Source: Convolutriloba macropyga (lineage: Eukaryota). Taken from it: a stretch of 64,000 bases of DNA. Positions 12,201-21,962 of this stretch are shown one piece after another. Made by a program: the position numbers and the translations under genes. Under the pieces are notes generated by a model. That model did no database searches, was not told where the DNA came from, and saw only the letters and a list, made by a program, of their open reading frames with translations. The stretch spans positions 12,710,001 to 12,774,000 of the forward strand of contig NC_134478.1 of NCBI RefSeq assembly GCF_964194025.1, read 5' to 3'. Within the stretch, counting starts at the first letter, position 1. The number at the start of each line of letters is the position of its first letter.

Positions 12201-14664
12201 GTTTATCGGGTTCCACTAAAAGCGAATCTTGCTCAACTTCAGGCACAGATCGATTTGAACCCATTTGCTGATCGAAATCAAAACGATACTGACTCGGTTC
12301 CATTTGGTATTGATTACAATAAGCTGAGTTCTGGAAGGAGAAAATTTGATCAACAACGTGGTTTTGAGGTACAGAACAAGAGTTAAGACTTTCAGGACCC
12401 GCCATAACCGGGGATTGAACCTGCGCAACGGGAGATATTGACATTTCAGATTTTGGTCCTTCTGCGTTAGGAGTTACAATTGAAGTTTCTACAGATGTCT
12501 GATTATTTTGCATTGACTGGGCTAAATTTTTGAATTGAAAGTCTACAAATTGTTGCATTAAATTATCCAAATTAGCCCAACCATTTTGTACAAAATACTC
12601 TGCAGTCGGCGAACTGCTGGACTCTTTTGATCTGGGTTTCTTAGAACTTGATGACAATCGTTTTGACGAATCGCGAGCATTGGGTTCCACTTTCGTTCGG
12701 GGACACTGATCAACTTTCGCCTTTTTAGCCTCTTCTACATACAAATTTTTCACAGAATTTGGATAATTTTTCACCTTGACAGAATTTTTGTCATCTACAG
12801 ATTGCTTAACTGAAGAAGTATCATCCTCTGAATGTTCTTTTTCCAGTTTTCTCAGCTTTTTCATTTTCTTTTTGATCTGTTTTTCAAGTTTTTTTGACTT
12901 TTTCTTCGCCAAAACTTTGCCATCTTCAACGCTTGAATCGCTATCAAAAGATTCTGATGGTCTTTCTGACCTTTTCTTTTTCTTCTCCTTACTTGATTTC
13001 TTCGACAATCTTTCCTCCAACTCTTTGATTGCTTCTTTTGTTTTCTCTTTTCGTTTCTTCTCTTTAGGTGAGATCTTTTTCACATCCATTTCATTCCCAG
13101 AATCAGATGGAGAATCTTTTAACCTCCCTTTTGGGAAAGTAAATTTACGTTTTAATTGCTGATCCAAAATGAGGTCTTTGGAATTTTTCGTTTTGCGTCG
13201 TTTCAACATATCTCTCAAATCATCATACTCGCTACTTGAAGAAACCTGACAATCACCAGTTTCACCCGAACATCGTTTGTAAACATTTAGAATATTTTCG
13301 TCGTTCGCCGCTTCCCAATCCGGGAAAAATGCCTGTCCATCGGTGTAATATTCCTCGTTTTGAGCACCATCAGCGTCATCGTTAGTATCATTGTACACAA
13401 TTGAATTAATTTTCCGTTTTTTTGATTTTGCCGAAGTTGGTAACACCCCCTCAAAACCCATATTCGCAGTCTCTTTTTCCTCTCCGCTTTCGGATGATAT
13501 TTCAACTAAACTCCGTTTTCTAGATTTGTTCACACCTTGACCTTCACAGCCATGGAGTAAAGGATGATCTTCAGAAAACAGTTCAGGCTGAGAAGTGACC
13601 AAATTTTCCTCATCTTCTGACGATGAAGGAATTTCTCCATCTTCCATTTCATAATCGGATACTTTTTCCTTTTTCCCAGATTTTTTAACCCCACATTCAT
13701 AAACAAGGGCTTCGATTTTAGAATCTGAATTCACTCCCTCATTTTCTACTATACTTTTAACAGTACAGCTTAATTTAGAACTAACAGAACTTACATCCGA
13801 GTACTGGTCAGTGACATTTTCCATAATTTTAGAATCAATGCACGAATTTGCTTCTTCGATGACTTCTGGGTTGTTCGCGGTTTCGGGCATTAATCCTGAA
13901 TGACACTTTTTGGCGACTTTTCTCGTGCTTTCTGATTTTTCACTTACATTTTTGTTCGGAGAGAATTCCTGGCTTTCCACGTTTATTAAATTTTGAGCAT
14001 TTTTTGGGTCAACTTGCTCCGGGTTATCAGATAGTCCACATCTATTTGATTTAAGCGCGAACTCTCCCCGTTTCAGACCGTCATTGTCTGATACACTTTC
14101 AGTAACTTTTGGGTCCGTTTGCTTCTCATTCTTAGAAAGTACCCAAGTTTTCGGGCAATTTTTTCTACTAATTTCACTCTCTTCCAATTCGATAGCCTCT
14201 GAATCAAGTTCGGCTGAATTTAGCGCCTCGGCTGAAATTTCAAGCACATCGGATTCTTTATCTTGACAATTCTCAACTTTTGAATCCGCAAATTTCTCCA
14301 AACTTGGGTGGCAGAACTCGAAGTTTTCAGAGCAATTGGCACCATAATCGTTATCAGCCTCAGTATTAAGTTCACTATCTCCAGCAACACCACTGGCACA
14401 TTTTTCGTTATCGATATCAGAGCTAATTTCTTTATTATTACACATCAGTTCATTAAACAGATCTTTTTCAGAGGGCGTATCTTGGTTTGGTAGTTTTGCG
14501 AATGACAGGTCATGCTCAACTTTGTGCTTGTTATCCGACATCTCAGACTGATCACAGCTTTTAGCTGGGGTAGTGTCGCCAGATAAATGATCAATGCAGG
14601 GTTCTGTACTTTTTGATTCGGCGGCAGACGTTAAATTCTCTAGTGGCATGCTAACTGAAGCCAT
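9286..14664 (-). CDS. 1792-aa single-exon low-complexity nuclear protein with EDGEI/EEGE and repeated DPR and DxDxR motifs (ZC3H4/Suppressor-of-sable-like architecture, no CCCH fingers)
   Basis: Uninterrupted 5.4-kb ORF with ATG in aaataATG context. Motifs: MEDGEI, LEEGEF, Lys/Ser-rich block, PDPRL, FDPRT, LDPRL, GDTDYR, QDVDLR, GDVDMR, Pro-rich C-terminus. The coding status is confident; the family call is tentative. Confidence 0.75.
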   Translation of the reverse strand: MASVSMPLENLTSAAESKSTEPCIDHLSGDTTPAKSCDQSEMSDNKHKVEHDLSFAKLPNQDTPSEKDLFNELMCNNKEISSDIDNEKCASGVAGDSELNTEADNDYGANCSENFEFCHPSLEKFADSKVENCQDKESDVLEISAEALNSAELDSEAIELEESEISRKNCPKTWVLSKNEKQTDPKVTESVSDNDGLKRGEFALKSNRCGLSDNPEQVDPKNAQNLINVESQEFSPNKNVSEKSESTRKVAKKCHSGLMPETANNPEVIEEANSCIDSKIMENVTDQYSDVSSVSSKLSCTVKSIVENEGVNSDSKIEALVYECGVKKSGKKEKVSDYEMEDGEIPSSSEDEENLVTSQPELFSEDHPLLHGCEGQGVNKSRKRSLVEISSESGEEKETANMGFEGVLPTSAKSKKRKINSIVYNDTNDDADGAQNEEYYTDGQAFFPDWEAANDENILNVYKRCSGETGDCQVSSSSEYDDLRDMLKRRKTKNSKDLILDQQLKRKFTFPKGRLKDSPSDSGNEMDVKKISPKEKKRKEKTKEAIKELEERLSKKSSKEKKKKRSERPSESFDSDSSVEDGKVLAKKKSKKLEKQIKKKMKKLRKLEKEHSEDDTSSVKQSVDDKNSVKVKNYPNSVKNLYVEEAKKAKVDQCPRTKVEPNARDSSKRLSSSSKKPRSKESSSSPTAEYFVQNGWANLDNLMQQFVDFQFKNLAQSMQNNQTSVETSIVTPNAEGPKSEMSISPVAQVQSPVMAGPESLNSCSVPQNHVVDQIFSFQNSAYCNQYQMEPSQYRFDFDQQMGSNRSVPEVEQDSLLVEPDKPKTEQTRTFNQNYDARRNFDVGKFVNSNNLTVLTKIECDLEEGEFGECNENPHDESFDVEKELDLFLETARNEAKLEETEKSVDDFIREQRKIAGDHNQTASCEVEHQQQLRSLPKKDVNGAMLCQNLPDIKEEPEYFAAEPPPEPVFMDNRTIAMEPRRLSQSSNIAITLDMPEFISPTLHTPKSEDDVFSRDVRICNPTRQWVQEPVGVLSEEEARSFRGSLNDIESCSESIVDEPPSTIPQVEANYKIAKACLKPQTQFENQESSSPSHGFQSLIRSPQKEMEFANIACNMGSLHDQVTGLVNADVSNINASEIEIPENIRSLFAGEPECENRNLTSVDILASLKSNLAKPTDDQMAENDSPEIANDSSKEQHRGTYEPFFKNPRIKKFADEQISLSGLPDPRLLAMNRKLRASNFRKDLKRVKRWNNDIEIERVRRPLRKIKPIKLLDGDVDDSSEQRKPGPSRSQHAVQQFSSSSYEDTSVQNYQTQSLNYQQPDTSPIAHQQQSSVQDQKQPPPSNKLPHRRSPGAYSGTYDTRYVPLDWIDPDEPPFDPRTNSALILMRFLVTDFWATQFVIDDFWVQNDNDDEDNSLLVQPDLTSRLFPNPSIRNSFHPEKQSSGSFRPEFSPTYISPTSAPPNYSLNNLSAPQPALDPRLASARVVPNQPKRFPTESSGVNNFDAPINMVGTSMGDEGHRRPGDTDYRQINKQPTSITPNSLASVPHFPTPRHIPAATSAILPPSNALSPFIQDASMLIGTPLIMPNQDVDLRTMHQQHTLSTERPDALPVTHFPDFPPPVAPQFPLLTQEPPPSFSHPPPEPLIASEPPRLTLTTSGSRSHVTSNLQPTTRKLSSYNPKPREKPKVSNQTPEFVNADDCFGDVDMRQNKPSSVIPVSLSTELVSTATTVTSKKNPLAPKFDTLSPPAQLPNSSADNSEVVTPVAENSESVVEKAPPEPKKPKKNPLMPVFS

Positions 14665-14769
14665 TATTTCTCAACAAAACATAAATTGTGATAGAAAAAT
14701 AACAGCCGCCTTTTCTGCCATCATTAGTGTATGATTTTACTTTTCTAAATTTCTATTTATGGTTGCTTT

Positions 14770-15189
14770 TCACATTTTTTTCGAGATGTTTTCTAGAGGA
14801 TATCGTTTCACTTTTCCACATGTCAAGCACTTGATTTCACAGAATTTCCGTTTGCCATGTTCTCTGATCTTAAGTGATGTGTTTTCAGTGGGCTTAAAGT
14901 ATGTATAGCAAAACTTGCACGATTGATGTTTAACTGCCGGCTCCACTTTTAAGCACATTTTCTGACATATTTGCTTCACATTGTACATGTAGTATCTTCC
15001 AAACTCTGGACATTCTGGCACTTGGTAGGAGAGTAAAGCGGCAGCTTGATGAAGGTAGTTGATCTTCTCAAAGGCGTCGCTTGTCGCACTTGGAATCCCA
15101 CTTGCCAATTTTCGCTCAAAACGTCGCTGCTTTTTAGAGCTCACAGGTTTTTTGTTCTTATCTTCAGCAGCCTTCTCTTCATTTTTCAT
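14770..15189 (-). CDS. RPP21: Ribonuclease P subunit Rpr2/RPP21 (about 139 aa)
   Basis: AFEKINYLHQAA, GRYYM...ICQKMCLKVEPAVKHQSCKFC...IKCLTCGKVKRYP is the Rpr2/Rpp21 Zn ribbon (CxxC...CxxC). The likely start is the ATG at 15189, directly after tttttaatttcag; the ORF-track extension to 15375 is probably intron/UTR. Confidence 0.88.
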   Translation of the reverse strand: MKNEEKAAEDKNKKPVSSKKQRRFERKLASGIPSATSDAFEKINYLHQAAALLSYQVPECPEFGRYYMYNVKQICQKMCLKVEPAVKHQSCKFCYTYFKPTENTSLKIREHGKRKFCEIKCLTCGKVKRYPLENISKKM

Positions 15190-16774
15190 TCTGAAATTAA
15201 AAAGTATTTTTAACAGTATTGTTTTCAAATTAGAATCAACATTAAGTGCCGCATCCAGAATTTCAATTCGTGCCTGCCTGCGTTTTTCAGTCTTAACGTG
15301 ACCATATGATGTGTACGATTCTGCAAATGTTTCCTGAAAATTAAAAAATAATTTAATTTTGAAAAGTATTAACAATTCCCTCTAGTGGATATCCTAGAGA
15401 TTTCAGGATGTTTTTCCAAAATATTTGATTTTAAGTCATTTTCAAAAACTAAATTCAAAAATTTATTTTTAAACAAAAAGGACACCAGAAGCATTATGCA
15501 GATGCAATCGGAAAAATGTTCTTTTAAATTTATCTTCGAAATAGCTTTTTTCCAAAAAATACTTTGAGTCTGAGTCTTAAGTCTAACTTTAAGTCTAACT
15601 CTTGAGTTGCATTTTGTTTCTTGGCACCGGATTAGTAAAGATTTTCTTGGCTTTTCAAAAGTGAAAATTAAAACCTTTTTATTTTTTAGGTTTTACCAAA
15701 ACAGTTGATTTTCTTGATTTTCTCATTAAGATTTACGTGCTCAAAAATTTTACAAAGAACATAGCTCGAGAGTTGAAACAAAAACACGTAGAAGGGTTCT
15801 GCGAAGTATAAGTGACTCTTATGCCCAGAAGTTGGTTCTTCAATCAAGTGTTTTCTAAGATATCTCTATACTTATGAACACTTTTGGTAAAAGGATGCAG
15901 ACAATTTGAATTATTCGGAGTTTTTTAACACAAAACTGGCTCCAAATGCTCACTAAAGCAAATCAAATCAATTTTCATACATGTGGGCGGTCATACTTCT
16001 TAAAAGTACGTTTTTAAAACTTAATATATCAAAAGTACATATCAAAACTGAAGCTCGCACACAAACATGCACCAAAGCGACATCTGTGCACTGCATCTGC
16101 ATTTTTCGTGTTATGGCTTAATTTAATGAAATTGATAATAAAGACAACAGACATAAGTAATTGAAGACATAATGCTACTGAGCTCGAAAAGCACTGCTAT
16201 GATATCAACCAAAATACTACATTACTGCTCTCATTGTGTCACCATCTGTGACACAACACCTACCCAGGTCAACAATCTAATAATCAGGGCGCTAGTCCTG
16301 ATTTTAGATCTATAAAAATCTGACCTAAAAGAAACATGCCTTAATCCCTGACTCAAAATGCAAAACTGTCGTTAAGATCAAACAGTTAAAAATAAAACAA
16401 ATCCATTTTCTGCGTCGCTAAGGTCCTCAAATCCGACCACCTATTAAAGCATGCAATAAATGACGCGAAATCAATTACCTATAAACTTATCTGAATCCCA
16501 CTGCAAAACAGACAAAATTTGGAAAACGAAAATTTTGGATTGAATTTTTTGGTTATTGATTCAAAGAAACCAGTTCACAAAAAATCTATAACGCATCTGG
16601 CAGATTGCCCGAAAATAGCTTTGTAGATCTGCAGTCTCAAAAGGATAGCAAAAGAAACAGACCGAAAAATTCTTTATTAAATACTGAGACGTTATATTTT
16701 GATTAAGAATTTGGTTTGTGATTACTGCTTCTATTAGGTGCTCTCAAGTAACCTTCGATTAGAGTGACACGCAC

Positions 16775-17015
16775 TCACTTGACTTTACCTCTTTGAATTT
16801 AAGTACAGAAAAGTCAATTTCTGAGTCAGAACTCACTTTTGAGAGTGCGGTAAGTCACGCGTGACCAAAAACTTAATCACGCCAATGAAAAAACTAGCTC
16901 CAATAAGAGTGAAAAATGACGTCACGCACGCAATTCAGTTGAAATTGCATGAACGAATGAACAAAAAGCTGATTTGAAGTGATTGTGACGTCATAGGGTT
17001 GTAAAAATATCGATA
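16775..17015 (-). promoter_or_regulatory. Putative promoter and first non-coding exon for the RPP21 locus
   Basis: Clustered motifs: TGACGTCA twice (16917-16924, 16986-16993), CCAAT twice (about 16882, 16900), TATCGATA (17008-17015), palindrome GTCACGCGTGAC (about 16854-16865). Minus-strand donors AG|gtaaag (16788) and AA|gtgagt (16778) lie just downstream. Confidence 0.45.
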
Positions 17016-17129
17016 AAATAAAAACCAAGAGAAGGCCAATAATAGCCCCAGCTATCACTGTGCGGCTATGAAAAAGATTTAAATGTTAATTCAACTGAAG
17101 TTCTGATAACTAAATGGAAAAAAAACCGC

Positions 17130-17485
17130 AAAAAGCCAACCAACGTCGGCTGTACTGCTCTCGCACAACATGCGATGACTCGAGTTTATTGCAGTAGCCT
17201 GTTTCATTCAGTGCCGTTGATTATCGCCTGTTTTAACGTGCGGGAGAGCTTGCTCACGTAATTTGACACCAATTTGATCAAAGTTTTCATTAAAAAAGGA
17301 GTATAATTCCACCAATTTAAATCACGTAAAAACTAAGAAGGCGCAAAAGTCAACTTGGTCAAGCGACCAACAAAAATTATAAAAAAGAGTCGACTGAAAT
17401 AGCTACTTCAAACTTTGCTCAAGAACAAGCGAAAAATTTTGGATAAAAAGACACGACTACAATAATTGATACTTCGTTCACGCTC
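17130..17485 (-). mobile_element. HINE-like family member lacking the tRNA-like cassette
   Basis: Left end gccaaccaacgtcggctgtactgctctcgcacaac and right end caagcgaaaaattttggataaaaagacacgactacaataattgatacttcgttc match the family ends; the interior is different. Confidence 0.5.
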
Positions 17486-17660
17486 ATAACATGCCAGAAG
17501 TTAAAATTCAAAAATTAATTACAAAACTTTCATCCAATTGTATTTGAAACAAACAGCTGCTCAAAAAACGATTTCCACCGTTTAAAGAAACTTTAACGCT
17601 TGCAACAATCAGGCAGTGAGTTAAAAATTTTTTGAAGAAACTGGGTTGCAAAAAGATAAC

Positions 17661-18030
17661 AAACCGACTGATATCGGATGAATTGCACTCGAACAACAGG
17701 CGGGTGCAAATTGATTTAGGGGAGTAGCTTTTTAGTGTCAACACTCGGGCCTTATAGGGGTCCGTACCCGAGACTTCCAAGATAGCCGTCAGACATCTAA
17801 ACCACCAAGCTACAACCTTTTTGAGAATCAACTGCGCATAATCGCTTTTATATTAGCAACAAAGTTCATTTCTGAATGAGAGCAATTAAAATCACACAAA
17901 ATAAAGAATTGAAGCGTGAAAAAGTCACTTGGGAAGTCACACAATGTTCTAGACCAAAAAATGATCAAGCAAAAAATTTGAACAAAAAAGACCTAAACGT
18001 TTACAAAAATTTTAAACTTGAGAGCAATAA
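17661..18030 (-). mobile_element. HINE/DINE-1-like element with tRNA-like cassette, copy C
   Basis: aaaccgactgatatcggatgaattgcactcgaac ... tgagagcaataa; body colinear with copies A, B and D. Confidence 0.65.
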
Positions 18031-19209
18031 AAAAACTACAAATTTGCATTTTTGAAAATATAGAGCTTGCAAATCTACACGTCATGAGCTTTCATATGGC
18101 TCAACACTTCTTCTAGAACGCTTATTTATTCCAACCCTTTACAAATTCCTTGAAATGTTGGTATATCAACATAGGAGCCGACTACCGGATAATATCCGCC
18201 AAAGACCTACTATTGAGACAAAGAAATAACCACAGAAGAAACATTTCCCAGGGTTAAAAAAATTATGTGCGTTCCAACATTTGTATTCATAAACTCAGCT
18301 GCGTTTCAAACAACTCAAACCAATCAATAAATATCAGAGCAAGAAAACTTCGGCTATGTTTAGGTGCACTGTATTGGCCGTCAACAAAAAGTGCAGAAGC
18401 TCGAGATTAAACAAAACTTTGAAACTGTCGCACATAAACGAAATTTTTATATCCAACTTGTCTAGCTTCCACTCAAAATATGCTAACAGTCTTTCTAACA
18501 AAAACTAAAACTCTCACTCTAACTCTCACTCTAACTAACACACTGACTCTCACTCTAACTAACACTCTGACTAAAACTACTCTTTCTTTTTGCTTCATTT
18601 AGCAGATTGACTTGAAAACTTTTTTCTGAATGCATCAATAAATTCGATCGATTAAAAACATTAGAATTCAACGGGCACTTAACCAAGACAACGAGACGTA
18701 CTCACATGAACAAAATGTACTACTCGGATGAAAAATAAGGAAAACGAAGAACAAAACGAAGCAAAACAATTTAAAATATTTTCTGGAAAAAACAAGACTG
18801 TCTACTCCGTTTTCCAACCAAGTCAAATCCAACATTAGCTGCAAGCTGATATCAGGGAAGCTCAACAGGCAGATTGTCATAAAATGGCATTGATTCCCAA
18901 TGACATCAATTGGATTTGAAATCTGGATAGAAAAAGTAACCTGAAATTGACCGTTTTTGAAGCCAAATAATTGAATTAAAAGCATCATTTGAACAGGTAT
19001 TTAATTTAATCTTGCATATCCATAGGAGCACAAAAGATAAGTACTAAAAAATCTAAATATCATTAGGCTTGTTGTCGAATACTAAATTAAAACAAGGTTA
19101 AACGAATGGCATCAAGAAAGGGCACTTTTTTATTTCATTTCATTTGTATATCTTAGCAGCGGAAATTGTGAATGCAGGGCCGATACGTGCTGAAGAATAC
19201 AGATGAGAG

Positions 19210-20102
19210 AATGAGAGAGAACTTTAGATCACACAAAAAGAATCAAGGACGTAAGTCATTCGAAATGTCAAAAAAACCACACGTTTACAATAATTGCTTG
19301 CTTCTCTTCGAGAGAAAAATTGAACATCCTGTTGACACTTCTCATTTGTACTGCTTTTTAAAAACAAACCGACAATTGCTCCTGAATAACAGGATTTAAT
19401 TTAGAGGTATAACTGGTATATTATAAAATTTTTCATGGGTGTAAAAACTCCGCCCTGGTAGGGGTTCGAACCCGAGACCTCCTTGACAGCAGTCTGGCAT
19501 CTTAACAACTACGCTACAAAGGATTTCAATCCTCAACTGCTCACGATCACTTTTATATTGGCAACAAACAACGAGAGCAATTCAGATCACACAAAAATGA
19601 AGAACTGGAGCGAGACAACGTCACATGAGAAGTTAAAGACTGTTCTAGAACAAAAGCTCGAAAACCGTCAAGCGATATTTTGCATAAAGACATCTCAAAC
19701 GAATGTCGAGCAGTTGGCTTTGTCAGTAGCTAGCTACGGTTTAGGGATGCTAGCTTTAGCTTAAATGAAATGGCGTGGGGTGAGCACGACCGGTGGGTAC
19801 GGGTGGAACGATGTAAAGGGGGTGGGGATGAGGGGTGAAAAGGGGAGTCGGTGAAGTGGGGTTGTGAGGGGGGCAAACTCTCAGAACCGCCCTCTGCACC
19901 ATAAATTAATGTCTCAGGTGTATTGCATACTTAAAGTCTTGTAAGCCGAGAGCCTCCAAGAGATATTAATGCCCTCCGGGCGTTATCTGTTTCCGTTTTT
20001 CAGGACGAAAAGTCAAAAAGCTCAAACAAAAAATCGGTCGAGACAAATCGCATAAGAACGCAGCACTAGTATGATTGCCAAAAACTTCATTTGAGAGCAA
20101 AT
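19210..20102 (-). mobile_element. Cluster of HINE-like copies: partial copy 19210-19320, copy D 19366-19700, right-end fragment 20035-20102
   Basis: Copy D has the clearest tRNA-like cassette (minus strand: TGTAGCGTAGTTGTTAAG...AGGTCTCGGGTTCGAACCCCTACCAGGGCG); right-end motifs taattgc...tcgagag recur. Confidence 0.55.
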
Positions 20103-20872
20103 AAAACCTACCTGCAAGCAATATACACGTCACTCCATTTCATTTTGATATGACAAACAAAAAATATTGGTAAACAAGCTACAAAAATCATCAGAAATAG
20201 CAAAGTCAGTGGCAAAGTCCGCCTGTAAAAAAACCGCGAAAATCGATAATATAGCCTAGTAGAACAATTTCGTCCAGAAAGAATTGTTTAAAACTGCTGT
20301 GAAATGACGGACTTGAACAAAAAAAATGTCCTTATCGAAAATTTTCCTAATAGTTTATCATTTATCTCGCTCTGAAATGTTATAGGAAATTAGTCTACTT
20401 TGTTGAATTTTGTGCGCAGCTTGACTCCAAGAATTTGTTTCGACGAGCGGGACTTAATGTTTCAAATGAAATCCATCAAAAAAATGAATTGAAAACAAGG
20501 CGTCCCACACGACACCTCGAGTCTGAAAAAGTCAGCGCCCCAATATAATTTGAACTCTTAGTTGCAAAAAAAAATACGAAGTGAGTAAAAATAGCTCTCG
20601 TTAACGCTACACGGCTATTAAAACCAATATAAAATACCTCTCTAGCTCACTCAATGAGAGTGCCAATGTCCAATACATTTCAATGAATGTCCAAATAACA
20701 TAAAAAAACACAGTTTTGACCGCGAAAAACCTGACTAGCTAAAACGGTGAATGAGTTTAAAACTGTGAATGTAAACTGTCAATTCAGCTCAAATATATCG
20801 AACAAATCAACAGTTCAAATTAGCGCCCAATATCACATTTCATTCTCTGCCATTCTGTGTCCACGTTGTGAT

Positions 20873-21962
20873 TTAGGCAGATGCGGCTGGGGCTTTTGCC
20901 ACGGCTGGCTTGAAGAACTCCTTTCGTCCGTCCTTGAATCCAGACCTGAATCTCTTGGCAACTCTTCGGAGGTGCTTGGTCTTGCCAACTCCGGTGGTTC
21001 TCCTCCTCTTTGCCTTCTCGGACCTACAAATCACAATTCATAGATGTTGGGCTCTAAGTTGATCGACAAGTATTTGATCAACTGCCGTCCAAATTTACAG
21101 TCAAATTATTCATTACAAAAAAAATCTAATACTGTCGTTTGCTTTGGCATTTCAATTTTATTGGGTACTGATAATTTTATTTGCCAAGAACGCATCTACT
21201 GTGAAAAGGACCAGTACTGGATTCGATTCCGCATCTTTTCCTTGCAAGCCCTACTTGCTAACCATTACACCAACTAGTCTTAAATTCTTGAAAATAGGCG
21301 TTTGCATTTTGTCGCAACCGAGAAGTTATATATATCAACTCATAGTAACTGCGGTTGGAAAACTGTTGCAGAACTTCGTACCCTAATCACCAGTGCAGTA
21401 TTAGTTCACTGAGTTTTTTCCGATATTTGTTTCATGAATACGTTATGCAAACTGTCAGCTCCATCTCACAGCTATTCATTTTTGCTTAGCCCCAGAGTCG
21501 AACAAATTCTCAATGGCTATAAATCTAATCCCTGGGTTAAATTTTGTTTTATATATACCGTTCCCATTTGCAATTAATTTTTAAAACCCAATTAGACATT
21601 GTGAGGGTCAATTAGCACAGGCCTTAGAGACCCGAGATCAACTATTAATGGATGCCCTAGTTGATTGAGGACCTGTAAGTCTTGTAAGATAATCGATGGT
21701 CCATCAAAAATAATTTTATCATTTTTGCTATTACAGAACGTAAATATATTCGAAATTTCATGTTTCAACTTTAAAAATTTATAAGGTATATAATGAATAA
21801 GGTGAAGTAAACTGACCAGTTGTATCTTCTCATTTTCTTGTCAGGGTATCCGCAAGAAGAGCATTTCTTCTTCTGAATGTGGTAGCTCCTCTTGCCACAC
21901 CTCCTGCATGTCATGTGGACCTTCTTGTTCCTCTGTCCAAACGAAGTGGTACCCTTGGTCAT
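20873..21962 (-). CDS. RPL37: 60S ribosomal protein L37 (eL37), exons 21962-21817 and 21023-20873, 98 aa
   Basis: [40 protein letters not shown]...YNW is spliced (TG|gtcagt ... tttgtag|G) to [32 protein letters not shown]...ASA*; C2-C2 Zn finger; phases match. Confidence 0.97.
21042..21702 (-). ncRNA. Candidate cluster of up to four intronic box H/ACA-like snoRNAs (21597-21702, 21425-21536, 21307-21410, 21042-21135)
   Basis: Each module has at least two hairpins, with ACA+3 nt right after the last stem (stems GGGTC/GACCC, ATGAATA/TATTCAT, CAACCG/CGGTTG, AGTTGATC/GATCAACT), in sense orientation within a ribosomal-protein intron. Canonical H boxes are not clear. Confidence 0.4.
21208..21279 (-). 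pseudogene. tRNA-like element (degenerate, TGC loop), probably tRNA-derived repeat family 2
   Basis: GACTAGT TGGTGTAATGGTTAGCA...CTTGCAA...TCGAATCCAGT ACTGGTC: 7-bp acceptor stem, A box and degenerate B box; the anticodon stem does not pair. A related copy is at 55431-55500. Confidence 0.5.

Noticed and set aside
15190-15375. 62-aa N-terminal extension of RPP21 in the ORF track
   Set aside because: It begins at a non-ATG codon and contains two pyrimidine-rich splice acceptors, so it is likely intron/UTR.
19451-19522. Functional tRNA gene (apparent GCT anticodon)
   Set aside because: The anticodon stem does not pair, there is no long variable arm as expected for Ser, and it is part of a dispersed repeat.
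21375-21540. Telomerase RNA (H/ACA-like structures near TTAGGG-like words)
   Set aside because: No CTAACCCT-type template on the transcribed strand.
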